Shown: positions 1-12,822, numbered from the stretch's first letter. The stretch is DNA of 64,000 nucleotides from Eledone cirrhosa (GCA_964016885.1 OZ024741.1:39494001-39558000), one strand, 5' to 3'. Notes: generated by a model from the letters alone, not told the origin. Program-made: numbers and translations.

Positions 1-216
1 GTCATTATGTTGCTGTTGCTGATGAAGGTGATGAAATGATGGAGATGATGGTAATGATGATGATGTTGAGGATGAGGATGGTTGTGATGGTAACAGTGTT
101 GTTGTAATGGACACAACATAAAGGAAACGATGGTAGTGTTTATTGTTGTCGCTGTTGTTATAATCATTATTGTTGGTATTGTTTTTCGTGTTGATGTTGA
201 GAGCATTATTACCCTT

Positions 217-395
217 CAGTATCGGTAGAGGGTTGGACGCCATGTTTTGCAGCATAGAGTTACGGGCCTTTACGATCTGAGTTCAAATCCCGTCGAGGTT
301 AACTTTGCCTTTCATCCTTACGGGGTCGATAAAATAAAATACCAGTAATGCACTGAGATGATTGCTGGCCTTGTGCCAAAAGTAGAAACAATTAT
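217..395 (+). mobile_element. tRNA-derived SINE (family A, most abundant in window), near full length
   Basis: tRNA-like head with B-box-like GAGTTCAAATCC, central GCCTTTCATCCTTACGGGGTCGATAAAAT domain, tail GCTGGCCTTGTGCCAAAAGTAGAAACAATT; near-identical copies elsewhere in the window. Confidence 0.85.
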
Positions 396-540
396 TAAGA
401 AAGACAGCGCTTTATCAGCGCTTTGTAAGAGTCCGAGAGACTGACTACGTATATACAAAGTTTGTGTTTATATACGATGTCTGTCGACATCTGAAAGCTC
501 TGATTCAGCTACCTAACATGAGATGGAAAGTGTTTTCACT

Positions 541-615
541 GTCCTTTGGCTTAATGGTCAAAAGCCCCTAGCCGGCATCTGAGAGATATGGGGTTCGAAT
601 TTTCATAGCGGCGAA
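541..615 (+). other. tRNA-like pol III head (degenerate, probably repeat-derived)
   Basis: A-box-like TGGCTTAATGG and B-box-like GGTTCGAATT at tRNA spacing; no clean cloverleaf. Confidence 0.35.
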
Positions 616-835
616 TGGCAACTTCTTTAATGGTCTTCACACTAATTTATAAGTTTTCTATAGCATCTCCGTATTTGAGCAGATCATTCTTTATATATAC
701 ACAGATCCACACACACGCACACACACACATACACACACACGCGCGCGCGCACACACATACACACATACATACGCACGCACGCACACGCACACACGCACAC
801 TCACACGCACACTCACACACACACACACATATATA

Positions 836-1035
836 TGAAAGTTTTGGGACCCCGACGGCTGAGTTCTTGCCGTTTCAAGAGATGGTTGCGAACTGCAGTT
901 CGGAACTATCTGTTAAAACGGCAACAGCTAGCCGTCGGGATCCCGACTCTTTCAAATTACCACACTTTACTACACCAAGTATCGAGTACTCTGGTAATGG
1001 TCTGTGAAGGTTTTACTGCATCCATTCTGATTTTT
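836..1035 (+). mobile_element. Penelope-like terminal fragment (family P1), folded back
   Basis: Imperfect inverted repeat centred on GAACTGCAGTTC (~895); similar to 1870-2060, 2682-2860, 27334-27512; flanked by TA/CA microsatellite. Confidence 0.6.
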
Positions 1036-1132
1036 ATATATATATATATAAACATACATAGGCACACACATACAGACATACACACACATATATGTATATA
1101 TACTTATTTACACATGTATATATGTGTGTCTG

Positions 1133-1210
<78 letters not shown>

Positions 1211-1218
<8 letters not shown>

Positions 1219-1856
1219 TGATCGAGTATCGAAAAATCAGCGCACGAGTTCACGATAAACAAAATTCGAAATGAGCGGCAGAGGGCTCAATAATTCAGAT
1301 AAATCAGAGCTATAACTATCGTTAAAATACCGTCACACATAGAACAAGTCTAAAATCAACCACACGATAAAAAATCGATAATAGAAGATTCGGGACAATC
1401 AGATAAAAAATATCAATAAATCAATAATTTAAATGAATGTAAAATCATACCCGGACCCACTAGAAAGGTGTTAAATCTAGCTTCTTGGGTTTCTGTAAAT
1501 CCTTAGACTGTACTCTATCAGCTCACATATAAATATATAAGACTTCTAGAATAAGCGGACCGGAAATTTACTTCTTCAACGAGCTTCGTCCGAACGGATA
1601 AGAGGCTAAACACAGGCAAAATACGCACATGGAATTCGGCAAGGGAGATAACCTCTACATCCGCGAAAACTATTCGAGGAAATGTGGAAATACACATATC
1701 GAATAAAAGTGCTCAATAGACATGTTAAAATAAAACAGGAGCTATTCATCACTCAATAGAATCGACAAAAAATGAGCAATAAAATTAACTGGTGGATAGC
1801 TATGTCCAGAGCTAAAAATATTAGAATGATCGAGTATCGAAAAATCGGCGCACGAA
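1211..1856. mobile_element. TA-embedded element with 37-bp terminal direct repeat (partial tandem, pLTR-like)
   Basis: TATTAGAATGATCGAGTATCGAAAAATC(A/G)GCGCACGA at ~1211 and ~1819; (TA)n on both sides. Confidence 0.5.
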
Positions 1857-1869
1857 TATATATATATAT

Positions 1870-2057
1870 AGGAAAAATAGTTTAACACCGACGGCAGAGC
1901 TCAAGCCGTTTCGACGGCTATATCTCTGAGTCCAGAAATAGCCGTCGAAACGGCTTGAGCTCTGTCGTCGGGGTTAAACCTTTTCCTACTCTACTACCCT
2001 AAGTATTGAGTACTCTGGTGCGTTATGGTCCATCTGGTTCCTACCACACTTCCTTCG

Positions 2058-2060
<3 letters not shown>
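1870..2060 (+). mobile_element. Penelope-like terminal fragment (family P1) with hairpin and 3' half of a hammerhead
   Basis: Inverted arms CCGACGGCAGAGCTCAAGCCGTTTCGACGGCTAT / ATAGCCGTCGAAACGGCTTGAGCTCTGTCGTCGG; GAAA-CGGC..GTCG-TC stem III; TA flanks. Confidence 0.65.
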
Positions 2061-2089
<29 letters not shown>

Positions 2090-2091
<2 letters not shown>

Positions 2092-2588
2092 AGTAAGAAT
2101 ATTTTCGAAACAGGGAGTTGGTTTGAAATTAGTAGAAATGTAAGCTATCGCCGTATTTTGACTAAAGAAATTAAAGAAATTATTTAGCCTGATAGTGGGG
2201 TTAAGAACACTCGGAGAAATGGAAAAAGATGAATATTGACGTACATGGGATTCGAACCCACATCTTTGGTTATCCTGACCACTGTGTTACCATTTACCCC
2301 AACACACCATCCATGGTGTGTTGGGGTAAATGGTAGCAGATTGTGAGTAAAACCACAGACCCTCCATCTCAACTCTACTTTTGAAAACCAGAAGAACTGC
2401 GAAACCGGTAAAGGAACCAAATAAATATATATATTTTTTTTAAAATAAGACTCCAGTTGCATTTTCGATTTCATCTTTTTTTCTTTATACTTTCACTCGT
2501 GTAGGACACCTCGGTTAAGGTAACCATAGTAAGTACAGTGAATTTTTTGAAATTTATTTCGAAACTCTTTCTTATTTGCTAAACCTTG

Positions 2589-2590
<2 letters not shown>
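2090..2590. mobile_element. TA-embedded element with tRNA-like head hairpin and hammerhead-like motif
   Basis: Minus-strand A/B boxes 2237-2308; 23-bp-arm hairpin 2288-2335; CTT-TTGAAAA-CCAG/CTGC-GAAACCGGTA-AAG at 2378-2413; homologous inverted copy at ~53078-53215. Confidence 0.55.
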
Positions 2591-2681
<91 letters not shown>

Positions 2682-2684
<3 letters not shown>

Positions 2685-2859
2685 AAAAGTGTCAAGACCC
2701 CGACGGCTGAACTCCGGCCGTTTCGACAGCTAGATCCGAACTAAGCCACACGTCAGGGTACTGACTCTTTTCCTCTTACCCACTCTACTACTCTAAGTAT
2801 TGAGTACTCTGGTGCGTTCTGGTCCACCTGATATTTTACCATACCCTCTTTGTATTGCA

Positions 2860-2860
<1 letters not shown>
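2682..2860 (+). mobile_element. Penelope-like terminal fragment (family P1)
   Basis: Shares GACCCCGACGGC..GCCGTTTCGAC left arm and CTACTCTAAGTATTGAGTACTCTGGTGCGTT tail with the other P1 copies. Confidence 0.6.
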
Positions 2861-2956
<96 letters not shown>

Positions 2957-3299
2957 AGTATATAAATATGTCTTGAATTATGAATGATGTTAATACCAAG
3001 AATTTGGAGATATTGCAAAGGCATCCTCTGTCCGGAAATTTAAAATAACTAAAACTAATTTTTAGTGTTGAAACTGTCAAAATTAAGTAGTTTGTTGACA
3101 ATACAGCTATTTAATTAAACAGCCAATATCTAATTAACTCATTTATATAATACATTAGTTATTCATCGCTCTCTCTTTTTCTTTTTTCTTCCTTCTTTTT
3201 CACGCCGGAAATTTAATAAAGAAAGCATTTCAAACACATCTACACAGATGGTAAATATTTTGATATATCAAAATTTTAGTTATCGTTTTACGTCCGTTT

Positions 3300-3545
3300 T
3301 TCCATATTTAAACGAGCTGGACGAAACCTGAAGTTTATCCTGGTTTCATGAGCGTTAAGCAACAGAGGGAGAAATACTTCAGTAAGGACTAACCCCCTGT
3401 TTCTCCTGGTACTCATTTTTCGATTGAGTCAACTGTAACAATGTGAAATGGTTTACTTTGCTCAAGCGCACAACATGTCACTCAGTTTGGAAATTGAATC
3501 CACAACAATATGATCGTTAACCCAACACTCTAACCACTTGGTCAC
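3300..3545 (-). mobile_element. Degenerate CORE-type SINE
   Basis: Reverse complement resembles tRNA head plus GTTGTG..TTGAGCAA.. CORE-like segment seen intact at 54275-54580. Confidence 0.5.
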
Positions 3546-3994
3546 ACATGCGTCTTGGACATAATAAATAATTACTTCCATATCTTCCATTCTTTCGGTA
3601 TCTACCTTTATACTTTCTCTATCTATTCTTCCTTTCTTTCGTTCTTTCTTTAATTCGCTCTAGCTGTCTTCTTTTCTCTTTCTCTCTATTTTCCTTCTGT
3701 ATTTGTCGATCTGATCTACGATGAAAACCATAGCAGTCCTGCTGTCCGCCTTCGCTTGCAATAAGTCAATATATTCGTATTGCTTGTTATGATCTGGTGG
3801 AATTGGTGATACTTGTCCAAGTAAATATTTCTGAGCATCGGCAACCAGGCAAAATTTGAACACAAAACGTGAAAAGCAATGGTGTAGATGTCGCAAAATT
3901 CCATCTGATACAAGCAATTCCACATATCCGTCGTCAAGTTCGATGGTTTTGGTGGTATCGATTCTACCGTACCTATATTATTTGTGTAGGTGGA

Positions 3995-4166
3995 TTGGCA
4001 GTATCGGTAAGGGGTCGGACGCCATGCTTTGCAGCAAAGAAAATGGTCTGAGTTCAAATCCCGCCGAGGTTAACTTTGCCTTTCATCCTTACGGGGTCGA
4101 TAAAATAAAGTACCAATAATACACTGGGATAATTGCTGGCCTTGTGCCAAAAGTAGAAACAATTAT
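3995..4166 (+). mobile_element. SINE family A, full length
   Basis: Highly similar to 217-395. Confidence 0.85.
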
Positions 4167-4364
4167 GTGAACATGTTTTGTGTGTATATGTGTTTACATG
4201 CTGTGTGCGTTAGTTCCTCTATGTAGGCATATGCACATGGTTTGTGCGTGTCGAAGGCATGTTTGTGCTTTGACATGTTCTGTAAACATGTGGGAGGTAT
4301 ATCATGTGAATACATATGTTGTAAATGCTCATGATGTAAAGGTCATAGTAATCATCTCCATATC

Positions 4365-4640
4365 TTAAGGTTGGGAGTTTGATTTCAGGTGATGCATTGT
4401 GTCATTGAATAAGCCACTTTATTTCAGGTTGCTACAGTCCAATCAGTTGGAAAATATGAGGTGCACATGCAATTCAGTGGACAAGGTTTGTCACGAACTG
4501 AATCACACTGAAACTGCCTGAAAACTAAGGGTACTCTTTTCCGTGGAATGCTCAGCCACCTTCAGGTTAATTTCACTAGCAGGCTGTTTGTTTTCGTTAG
4601 TAAAACGACTCACTCATTCATCGTCGTAACCGACGGAGAT
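4365..4640 (+). mobile_element. CORE-type SINE (family B), degenerate
   Basis: Aligns by eye with 54275-54580 (GTGGAATGCTCAGCCAC, CGTCGTAACCGACG). Confidence 0.65.
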
Positions 4641-4999
4641 TCAGCGCTGAAACGCACCGACACACGTGCGTGTACGCACTTTTATGTGCATATGCTGTAG
4701 AACGAAATAAAAGTGCATTTGACCTCGCTCCCGGCTGAGTAAAAATATATGAATAGCCAGGAAAAGAATTAAAGTAATATATAATCTTTGAAATGTGCTT
4801 TATACAGCAATCCTGTAGTTTAAACCCTGATATTCTGCTTTAAGAAAGAAGGGGTCACGTTGTTATGTCTATAACCAATTTTCATGTTTAAGAAAGCAAC
4901 AGTTTCTATCACTGAGAACAATACATGTGTACAGACGTTCGTTTGTTGTCATTAATTATCGATGCACGCGTTCCTGTGTAACTATATATACATATACAT

Positions 5000-5075
<76 letters not shown>

Positions 5076-5081
<6 letters not shown>

Positions 5082-5182
5082 TAAAATAAGAGATTAAAGT
5101 TTAAGCAAAGAATCGCTGCTTTCACCCTTAACGAGATCTTCTGAAACTGAGTTTCAGAAGATTCCGTTGAGGGTGAAAGCAG
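5076..5182. mobile_element. TA-flanked hairpin element with hammerhead-like variant, cut off by the LINE
   Basis: CTGCTTTCACCCTTAACG..CTTCTGAAAC / GTTTCAGAAG..CGTTGAGGGTGAAAGCAG; left arm repeated at 30312-30383; core CAGAAGA..GAAA. Confidence 0.55.
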
Positions 5183-7417
5183 GATGTTAAACATAATGAC
5201 CAGGCAGCGTGGATTGAGACAGTACAGAAGGAGATCAGTGAACAGGCACACCAACAAACTGATTTGAGTATCACAGTTGAAACTCTTAAGGGGCAGGCCA
5301 AAAAACTAACCAACTGGAAATCACCAGGCCCAGATGGTGTGCAGGGGTATTGGATTAAAAATATAACATCCCTCCACCCGAAACTGACAACCATGTTCAA
5401 TGACTGCTTGATGTCAGGTGAGGTACCAGAGTGGTTGACAAAAGGTTCCACAGTTCTGATAATGAAAGACCGAATCAAGGGTAATGATGTTACCAACTAT
5501 AGACCTATCACATGTCTGTCCGTAATATGGAAACTGTTGACAAGCATTATGTCTGAGGAAATCTACCATCACCTCCACACAAACAACTTGTTACCGGACG
5601 AACAGAAAGGATGCCGAAAGAAGTCACGTGGTACAAAGGACCAGTTACTTATTGATAAGATGGTAATGAGGAATTGCAAGAGGAGACACACTGGTCTTGC
5701 CATGGGATGGATAGACTACAAAAAGGCATTTGATATGGTGCCTCATTCTTGGATCACCAAAAGCCTGGAGATCTTCAAGGTGGCAGATAACATCAGACAG
5801 TTGTTGGGCAAAAGTATGAAGTCCTGGGAAACAGAGTTAACATGAACTGGAGAATCCTTGGGAAGCGTGAAGATCAAGAGAGGTATCTTCCAGGGAGATA
5901 GTCTATCCCCTCTGTTGTTTGTCCTTGCCCTGATGCCCCTGACCAGTGTACTGCGAAAAGTGAGAGCAGGATACAGGTTGGGAAAGGGAGGGTTTACCAT
6001 CAATCACCTCCTCTTCATGGACGATCTTAAGCTCTTCGGGAAGAGTGAGAATGAGTTGGATGTGCTTGTTGACACTGTCCGTATTTTCAGCAATGATATA
6101 TGTATGCAACTTGGTATTAGTAAGTGTGGAGTCATTGTGATGAGGAGGGGTAAGTTGAGCAGAAGAAACGGAATCCAGATACCAACAGGTGAGATGATAA
6201 AGGAAATTGACTCTGAGGAAGGATACAAGTATTTGGGCGTTCTGGAGGCTGATGACATCAAGAACAAAAGAATGAAGGAATTGATAAGAACTGAATACAT
6301 TCGGAGAGTAAGGAGCGTATTAAAGTCACATCTGAACAGTAGGAATGCCATTAGGTACAGTGCGGGAATTCTGAGATGGAATGTTGCTGAACAAAAAGAA
6401 ATGGATAGGAAGACTAGGAAGCTATTGACTATCTACATGTTCCACAAGAGGAGTGATGTCGATAGACTCTACTTAAGGAGATCTGAGGGTGGAAGAGGTC
6501 TCATCAGCATAGAGGACTGTGTTCAGATGGAGAAAAACAACCTACACAAATACGTGACTGATAGTAAGGAGCCAATGCTCAGAACTGTACTGAAGGAGGG
6601 GACAATAGGCCAGGGGATGTCCAAGGAGGAAATAACATCAAGGAGAAAGAGCAGCCTTCAGGAAAAATACCTTCATAGTACCTTCTTTGAGAGAACTGAA
6701 TTTAGAGATCCACAGAGATGGAACTGGTTGAAAAGAGGAGACCTAAAAAAGTCTACAGAAGGAATGTTGATGGCTGCGCAGGAGCAGGCCCTCAAAACGA
6801 AGTGGTTGAAACACCATATTTACAAGGAGGAGGCTAGCCCACTGTGCAGGATCTGTGGAGAGAGAGAGGAGACTGTGGCTCACATTGTATCCGAGTGTAA
6901 ACACCTAGCCCAGACTCACTATAAGGGCTGGAGACATGATGTGATGGGCAGGGTGATCCACTGGCACCTATGCAAAGTAAACAATTTACCACATTCTGAG
7001 AAGTAGTATGAGCATAAGCCAGAGGCGGTGATAGAAAACGATCAGGTGAAGGTGCTGTGGGATTTTAGGATACAGACGGACAAGAACCTGGAACAAAATA
7101 GACCTGACCTGGTGGTTTTGGACAAAGAAAAAAGATCGTGCCTGATTGTGGATTTGGCCTGCCCATTCTACACGAGAGTGCAAGTGAAGGAGAGTGAGAA
7201 AATTAACCGATACCAGGACTTAAAGTGGGAGGTAAAAAGGATTTGGAACTGCCATGAAGTCAAAGTGATCCCGATTGTCATAGGCGCACTAGGGACTATC
7301 TCAAAAAGTTTCCAGGGATGGTTAAAGAAAATTGGCCCCTTCACGCTTTTTGGAACGCTTCAAAAGGCATGCTTGCTGGGAACAGCAAGAACCCTCCGAT
7401 ACGTCCTGAATATCTGA
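5183..7417 (+). pseudogene. Reverse transcriptase / zinc knuckle / restriction-like endonuclease polyprotein, disrupted
   Basis: Motifs KSPGPDG, NYRPITCL, IDYKKAFDMVPH, GIFQGDSLSPLLF, FMDDLKL, YKYLG, CRICGEREETVAHIVSEC, RHD, RPDLVV..D..K; ORFs 5264-5845, 5858-7006 and 7028-7417 share one frame, split by stops at 5843 and 7004. Confidence 0.92.
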
Positions 7418-7527
7418 GGCTGCAGGTAGTGGCTTGATATTCATTTCAACAAACTTTCCAGTTAAATAACATCAATGACTGAGACTCAAAGAACAATAAT
7501 AATAATAATAATATTAATAATAATAAT
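5183..7527 (+). mobile_element. 5'-truncated R4/Dong-clade non-LTR retrotransposon
   Basis: Single frame encodes RT, CCHC knuckle and RLE; short 3' UTR and (AAT)n tail at ~7495-7527. Confidence 0.9.
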
Positions 7528-8664
7528 TGTTTCTACCTTTGGCACTAGGCCAGCAATTATCCCAGTGTATTACTGGTGGTTTATTTTAATAATAGTGAGT
7601 AAAATCGAAATTGCAGCTGCGATTATCATTTTTTAAAATCAAACTACAGAGGCTGGCCAAAGCACTCAATGAGGTGATATCGATAAATTATAGCTCAGAG
7701 TAATAACAATATGTTAGGCTGTGACACAGTGAAAATTGCCACTGGAGATACATTGTCAACAAAGCCACTACAACGAAAATACAACATATATTAGGGTGGC
7801 GCTTAGCAACAGAAAGTTTCCGAAGTTTGCTGCCCCCACCACCTAATCCTGTTCCAGTCAACAAACACACGGGGTGTGCAAAATCTGAGCTCAATCGGAC
7901 AACTGTTAGGCTACCATCAAACGCCTTGAAGCTGGAACATAGTATACGCAATGATTAATTCTGTTCAAAACCGGTATACTGTTCCTTATCTCGACCATTT
8001 TCCTTTTTCTTCTCAGAGAAATTTATGTGGACACACCCAGATAACCCCAGCAAATGTTTTAAAACGTTCTGAATCAATAGTTAATTTGAACATTGCCTGA
8101 AATAACATGAAAACCTTAAGAAATTATGTTTTCTTAATAAAGCACAACTTCTATAAGAGAAACGTATTTTTATTTACAACAATAATTTCTATAGAATCAA
8201 AGACATAATGTGAACACTGAACACTGAATTTGAACATTATTTTTGCATAAGAGAGGATTTAGTGGCAGTTTGGGTATGTTTTACGGTTTTAGATAATGAT
8301 CTGTAAAACAAATTGTTTCCCAGTTTCATCGTTTGTGAGAATGTTGTTGTAATCATGAATGAGTTTCACACCTCTTTCTGCAACAACATTCACAACAAAT
8401 GTCTTCTCAAATTTTTCAAGTCCACTTTTGTGACCAGGATCATCCTTCCTTGTTGAAGGGTCTTTGTCGAGGAAATCGGTGCTGATAGAAAATCTCGCGA
8501 AGAAACGTTTTTGTACCAGGAGTTTTTGTACAAAAGACGAAAACTCAATGTTTGTAAAGGAAGAAAGTCATTTTGGTGCAGAATGTACCTCTTCAGTTGA
8601 TTTTTTTCTTCTTCCTCTTCTTCACCTTTGTCTGCTTACAACATTACATGAGCAATATTTGCCT

Positions 8665-10988
8665 TAATCTCGCCTTGCTCTCCTTTTCTCATTGCTCTAC
8701 TTGCTCTCCTTTTCTCGCTTGCTCTCCTTTTCTCATTGTTCTCCTTGCTCTCCTTTTCTCAATTGCTCTCCCTTTCTCATTGTTATCCTTGCTCTCCTGT
8801 TATCCTTGTTCTCTTTGCTCTCCTTGCACTCCTTTTTTTCATTGCTCTCCATGCTCTCCTGTTATGCTTGCTCTCCTTGCTCTCCTTTCTCTCATTTACT
8901 CATTGCTCTCCTTCTCTCCCTTTATCCTTGCTCTCCTTGCTCTCCCTTTATCCTTGCTCTCCTTGTTCTCCTTTTCTTATTGCTCTACTTGCTCTCCTTT
9001 TCTCCCTTGTTCTCCTTGCTATCCTTTTCTCATCACTCTCCTTGCTCTCGTAGCTCTCCTTTTCTACTTGCTCTCCTTGCTCTCCTTTTCTCATTGTTCT
9101 CCTTGCTCTCCTGTTATCCTTGTTCTCTTTGCTCTCCTTGCACTCTTTTTTTCATTGCTCTCCTTGCTCTTCTTGTTCTCCTTTCTCTCCTTTTCTCATT
9201 ACTCTCCTTGCTCTCCTCTCTCCTTCCTCTCATTGCTCTCCTTTTTTCCTTGCTCTCCTTGCTCTCCTTTTCTCATTGTCTCCTTGCTCTTCTTGTTCTC
9301 CTTGCTCCCCTTTTCTCATTACTCTCCTTGCTCTCCTCTCTCCTTCCTCTCATTGCTCTCCTTTTCTCATTGCTCTATTTGCTCTCCTTTTCTCCTTTTC
9401 TCTCCTTGCTCTCCTTGCTCTCCCTTTATCCTTGCTCTCCTTGTTCTCCTTTTCTTATTGCTCTACTTGCTCTCCTTTTCTCCCTTGCTCTCCTTGCTAT
9501 CCTTTTCTCATCGCTCTCCTTGCACTCGTAGCTCTCCTTTTCTCCTTGCTCTCCTTGCTCACCTTTTCTACCTTGCTCTCCTTTTCTCATTGTTCTCCTT
9601 GCTCTCCTGTTATCCTTGTTCTCTTTGCTCTCCTTGCACTCCTTTTTGCATTGCTCTCCTTGCTCTCCTGTTATCCTTGCTCTCCTTGCTCTCCTTGCTA
9701 TCCTTGCTCTCCTTTCTCTCATTTTCTCATTGCTCTCCTTCTCTCCCGTTATCCTAGCTCTCCTTGTTCTCCTTATCTTATTGCTCTACTTGCTCTTCTT
9801 TTCTCCCTTGCTCTCCTTGCTATCCTTTTCTCATCGCTCTCCTTGCTCTCCTTGCTCTCGTTGCTCTCCTTTTCTCCTTGCTCTACTTGCTCTCCTTTTC
9901 TCCCTTGCTTTCCTTTTCTCATTGTTCTCCTTACTCTCCTGTTATCCTTGTTCTCCTTGCACTTCTTGCTCTCCTCTTTACATTGCTCTCCTTGCTCTCC
10001 TTTTATCCTTGCTCTCCTTTTTCTCATTGCTCTCCTTTTCTCATTGACTCCTTGCTCTTCTTTTTCTCCTTCCTCTCCTTTTCTCATTACTCTCCTTGCT
10101 CTCCCTCTCTCCTTCCTCTCATTGCTCTTCTTTTGTCCTTGCTCTCCTTGCTCTCCTTTTCGCATTGCTCTTCTTGCCCTCCTTTTCTCATTTGCTCTCC
10201 TTGCTCTCCTTGCTCTCCTTTTCTTATTGCTCTACTTGCTCTCCTTTTCTCCCTTGCTCTCCTTGCTATCCTTTTCTCATCGCTCTCCTTGCTCTCATTG
10301 CTCTCCTTTTCTCCTTGCTCTCCTTGCTCTCCTTTTCTCATTGTTCTCCTTGCTCTCCCGTTATCCTTGTTCTTTTTGCTCTCCTTGCACTCCTTTTTCA
10401 TTGCTCTCCTTGCTCTCCTGTTATCCTTGCTCTCCTTGCTATCCTTGCCCCCCTTGCTCTCCTTTCTCTCATTTTCTCATTGCTCTCCTTCTCTCCCTTT
10501 ATCCTTGCTCTCCTTGTTCTCCTTTTCTTATTGCTCTACTTGCTCTCCTTTTTCTCCCTTGCTATCCTTTTCTCATCGCTCTCGTTGCTCACGCTGCTCT
10601 CGTTGCTCTCCTTTTCTCCTTGCTCTACTTGCTCTCCTTTTCTCCCTTGCTCTCCTTTTCTCATTGTTCTCCTTACTCTCCTGTAATCCTTGTTATCCTT
10701 GCACTCCTTGCTCTCCTCTTTTCATTGCTCTCCTTGCTCTCCTTTTATCCTTGCTCTCCTTTTCTCATTGCTCTCCTTTTCTCCTTGTCTCTTTGCTCTT
10801 CTTGCTCTCCTTTTCTCATTACTCTCCTTGCTCTCCCTCTCTCCTTCCTCTCATTGCTCTCCTTTTCGCATTGCTCTCCTTGCTCTCATTTTCTCATTGC
10901 TCTCCTTGCTCCCCTTTTCTCATTTGCTCTCCTTGCTCTCCTTGCTCTCACTTTATCCTTGCTCTCCTTGCTCTCCTCTTCTCATTGT
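8665..10988. repeat. Pyrimidine-rich satellite built on a TTGCTCTCC 9-mer with longer reiterated blocks
   Basis: Very many TTGCTCTCC/TTTTCTC variants; landmark CTCGTAGCTCTCC at ~9047 and ~9525. Confidence 0.9.
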
Positions 10989-11266
10989 ATCAATGTACTT
11001 CTTTATATATAAATACAATGAGAAAAGGGGTGTAAGGAGAAATATGAAAGCAAGGATAGTAAGGAGAGTATATATATACATATAATATATATATATATAT
11101 ATATGTATATATGTACAAATAATATGCATATATATATATGTATATATGTACATATAATATATATATATATATGTATATATGTACATATAATATATATATA
11201 TGTATATATGTACATATAATATATATATATATGTATATGTACATATAATATATATATATGTATATA

Positions 11267-11354
<88 letters not shown>

Positions 11355-11356
<2 letters not shown>

Positions 11357-11540
11357 ACAGCTGTGTAACAAAGTGCAGGGCAATAAAGATAGACGGTAGC
11401 TACGGAGTAGGCAGACCCAGAAAAACCTGGGACGAGCTGATAAATTCTGACCTCACACACTTACACCTCTCCAAGACAATGTCACTGGACCGAGACCTTT
11501 GGCGGTACTCAGTAATAGAGAAGACCCGCCTTACCTAAAT
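11355..11540 (+). mobile_element. RTE LINE 3' coding remnant
   Basis: Translates to [23 protein letters not shown], a typical RTE C-terminus. Confidence 0.75.
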
Positions 11541-11689
11541 ACAAAGTAAAACCTACTACAGCCAGTAGGCATCTCCAACAAAATACACCCCCGTCCCACC
11601 AGCCCCCACCCCATCCACACCACCCCTTCAATGTAAAGTTATGTTGGTGCCACAACATCCAGGCCGAAACAAATGAGATCGTGTAGGTG

Positions 11690-12035
11690 TCACGACAAAA
11701 AATACACAGTCCACGCTGTAATGTGGCCGTGTAGGCAACACGGTAAAAACCTCTCAGCCCCACACTGTAAATGTGGTTGGTGTTAGGAAGGGCATCCAGC
11801 TGTAGAAAACCTGCCAGACAGTCCACGCTGTAATGTGGCCGTGTAGGCAACACGGTAAAAACCTCCCAGCCCCACACTGTAAATGTGGTTGGTGTTAGGA
11901 AGGGCATCCAGCTGTAGAAAACCCGCCAGACAGTCCTATGCGAGCAAGACAATCACTCTTGCCTCAAGTGGGAAAACCCCCGTCCAAACCCATGCAAGCG
12001 TGGAACACGGACGTTAAACGTTGATGATGATGATG
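11690..12035 (+). mobile_element. RTE-related SINE/3' end with internal 112-bp tandem duplication and (GAT)n tail
   Basis: GTGTTAGGAAGGGCATCCAGCTGTAGAAAACC twice; ends GGACGTTAAACGTTGATGATGATGAT. Confidence 0.7.
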
Positions 12036-12038
12036 TAT

Positions 12039-12095
<57 letters not shown>

Positions 12096-12822
12096 CGTGT
12101 GTACATATAAATATATTACTCAAAACCGAGTACTCATTTCCCTCACCTTTCAACCACTTACAGATATATGTATATTAGTGCGACCCTTAGCAATAGGTGA
12201 TTTTCCGAAAGTTGAAATTTTGCTGTTCCCACAGCGAAAAATAGGTGTTTGCCCTATTCCTGCGCTCTGTCTCCAGCTTTGCAAGTCACCTTCCCCATTA
12301 TAATTATTGTCACTTATCCTTCTAATACCAAGAATAAGTCTGAACAAGTTTTTAATTTAAGAGAAAATTATATAAGAGATAAAAATTGTTTATACATTAC
12401 TATTCACAGTGTCAGTGACATCATATTGAAAAGCAAAATGATATTATATTAAACAAATAGCAAAGTATTAGGGGCTGTTGTGAAGAGGTTATTACATAAA
12501 GTGATAATAGAGAGCATATTAAATAGAAAGTTATCTTAATGTACCTTATTGAATGTTCTAAGGATGCAATGAATGTAATTACTTGTTTAAACATTGTGTA
12601 TGCTCTGATGAAATCAGACAGTTGTCTAGAAGAAACGATCGTCAGCAATTAAATGTGTTCAGCAAAAATTTGATTGTTTATATTTTGTATCCCTACTCTG
12701 TAATACATCTGATAATTTACATTGAACTATTTTGATTGCTGCTAATTGGGTAGTGCTTAATACTACCCTTTCATATTCATAATTACATAAAACTCATATA
12801 TAAGTATAAATAATATTATTAG

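Noticed and set aside
2237-2308. Possible tRNA gene
   Set aside because: A/B boxes are present but acceptor and anticodon stems are imperfect and it is embedded in a repeat; treated as a tRNA-derived head
7650-8600. Possible decayed DNA transposon
   Set aside because: No TIRs or transposase motifs that I could verify
8573-11085. Long Leu/Ser/Cys-rich ORFs up to 630 aa
   Set aside because: Translations of the TTGCTCTCC satellite; open in several frames because of composition
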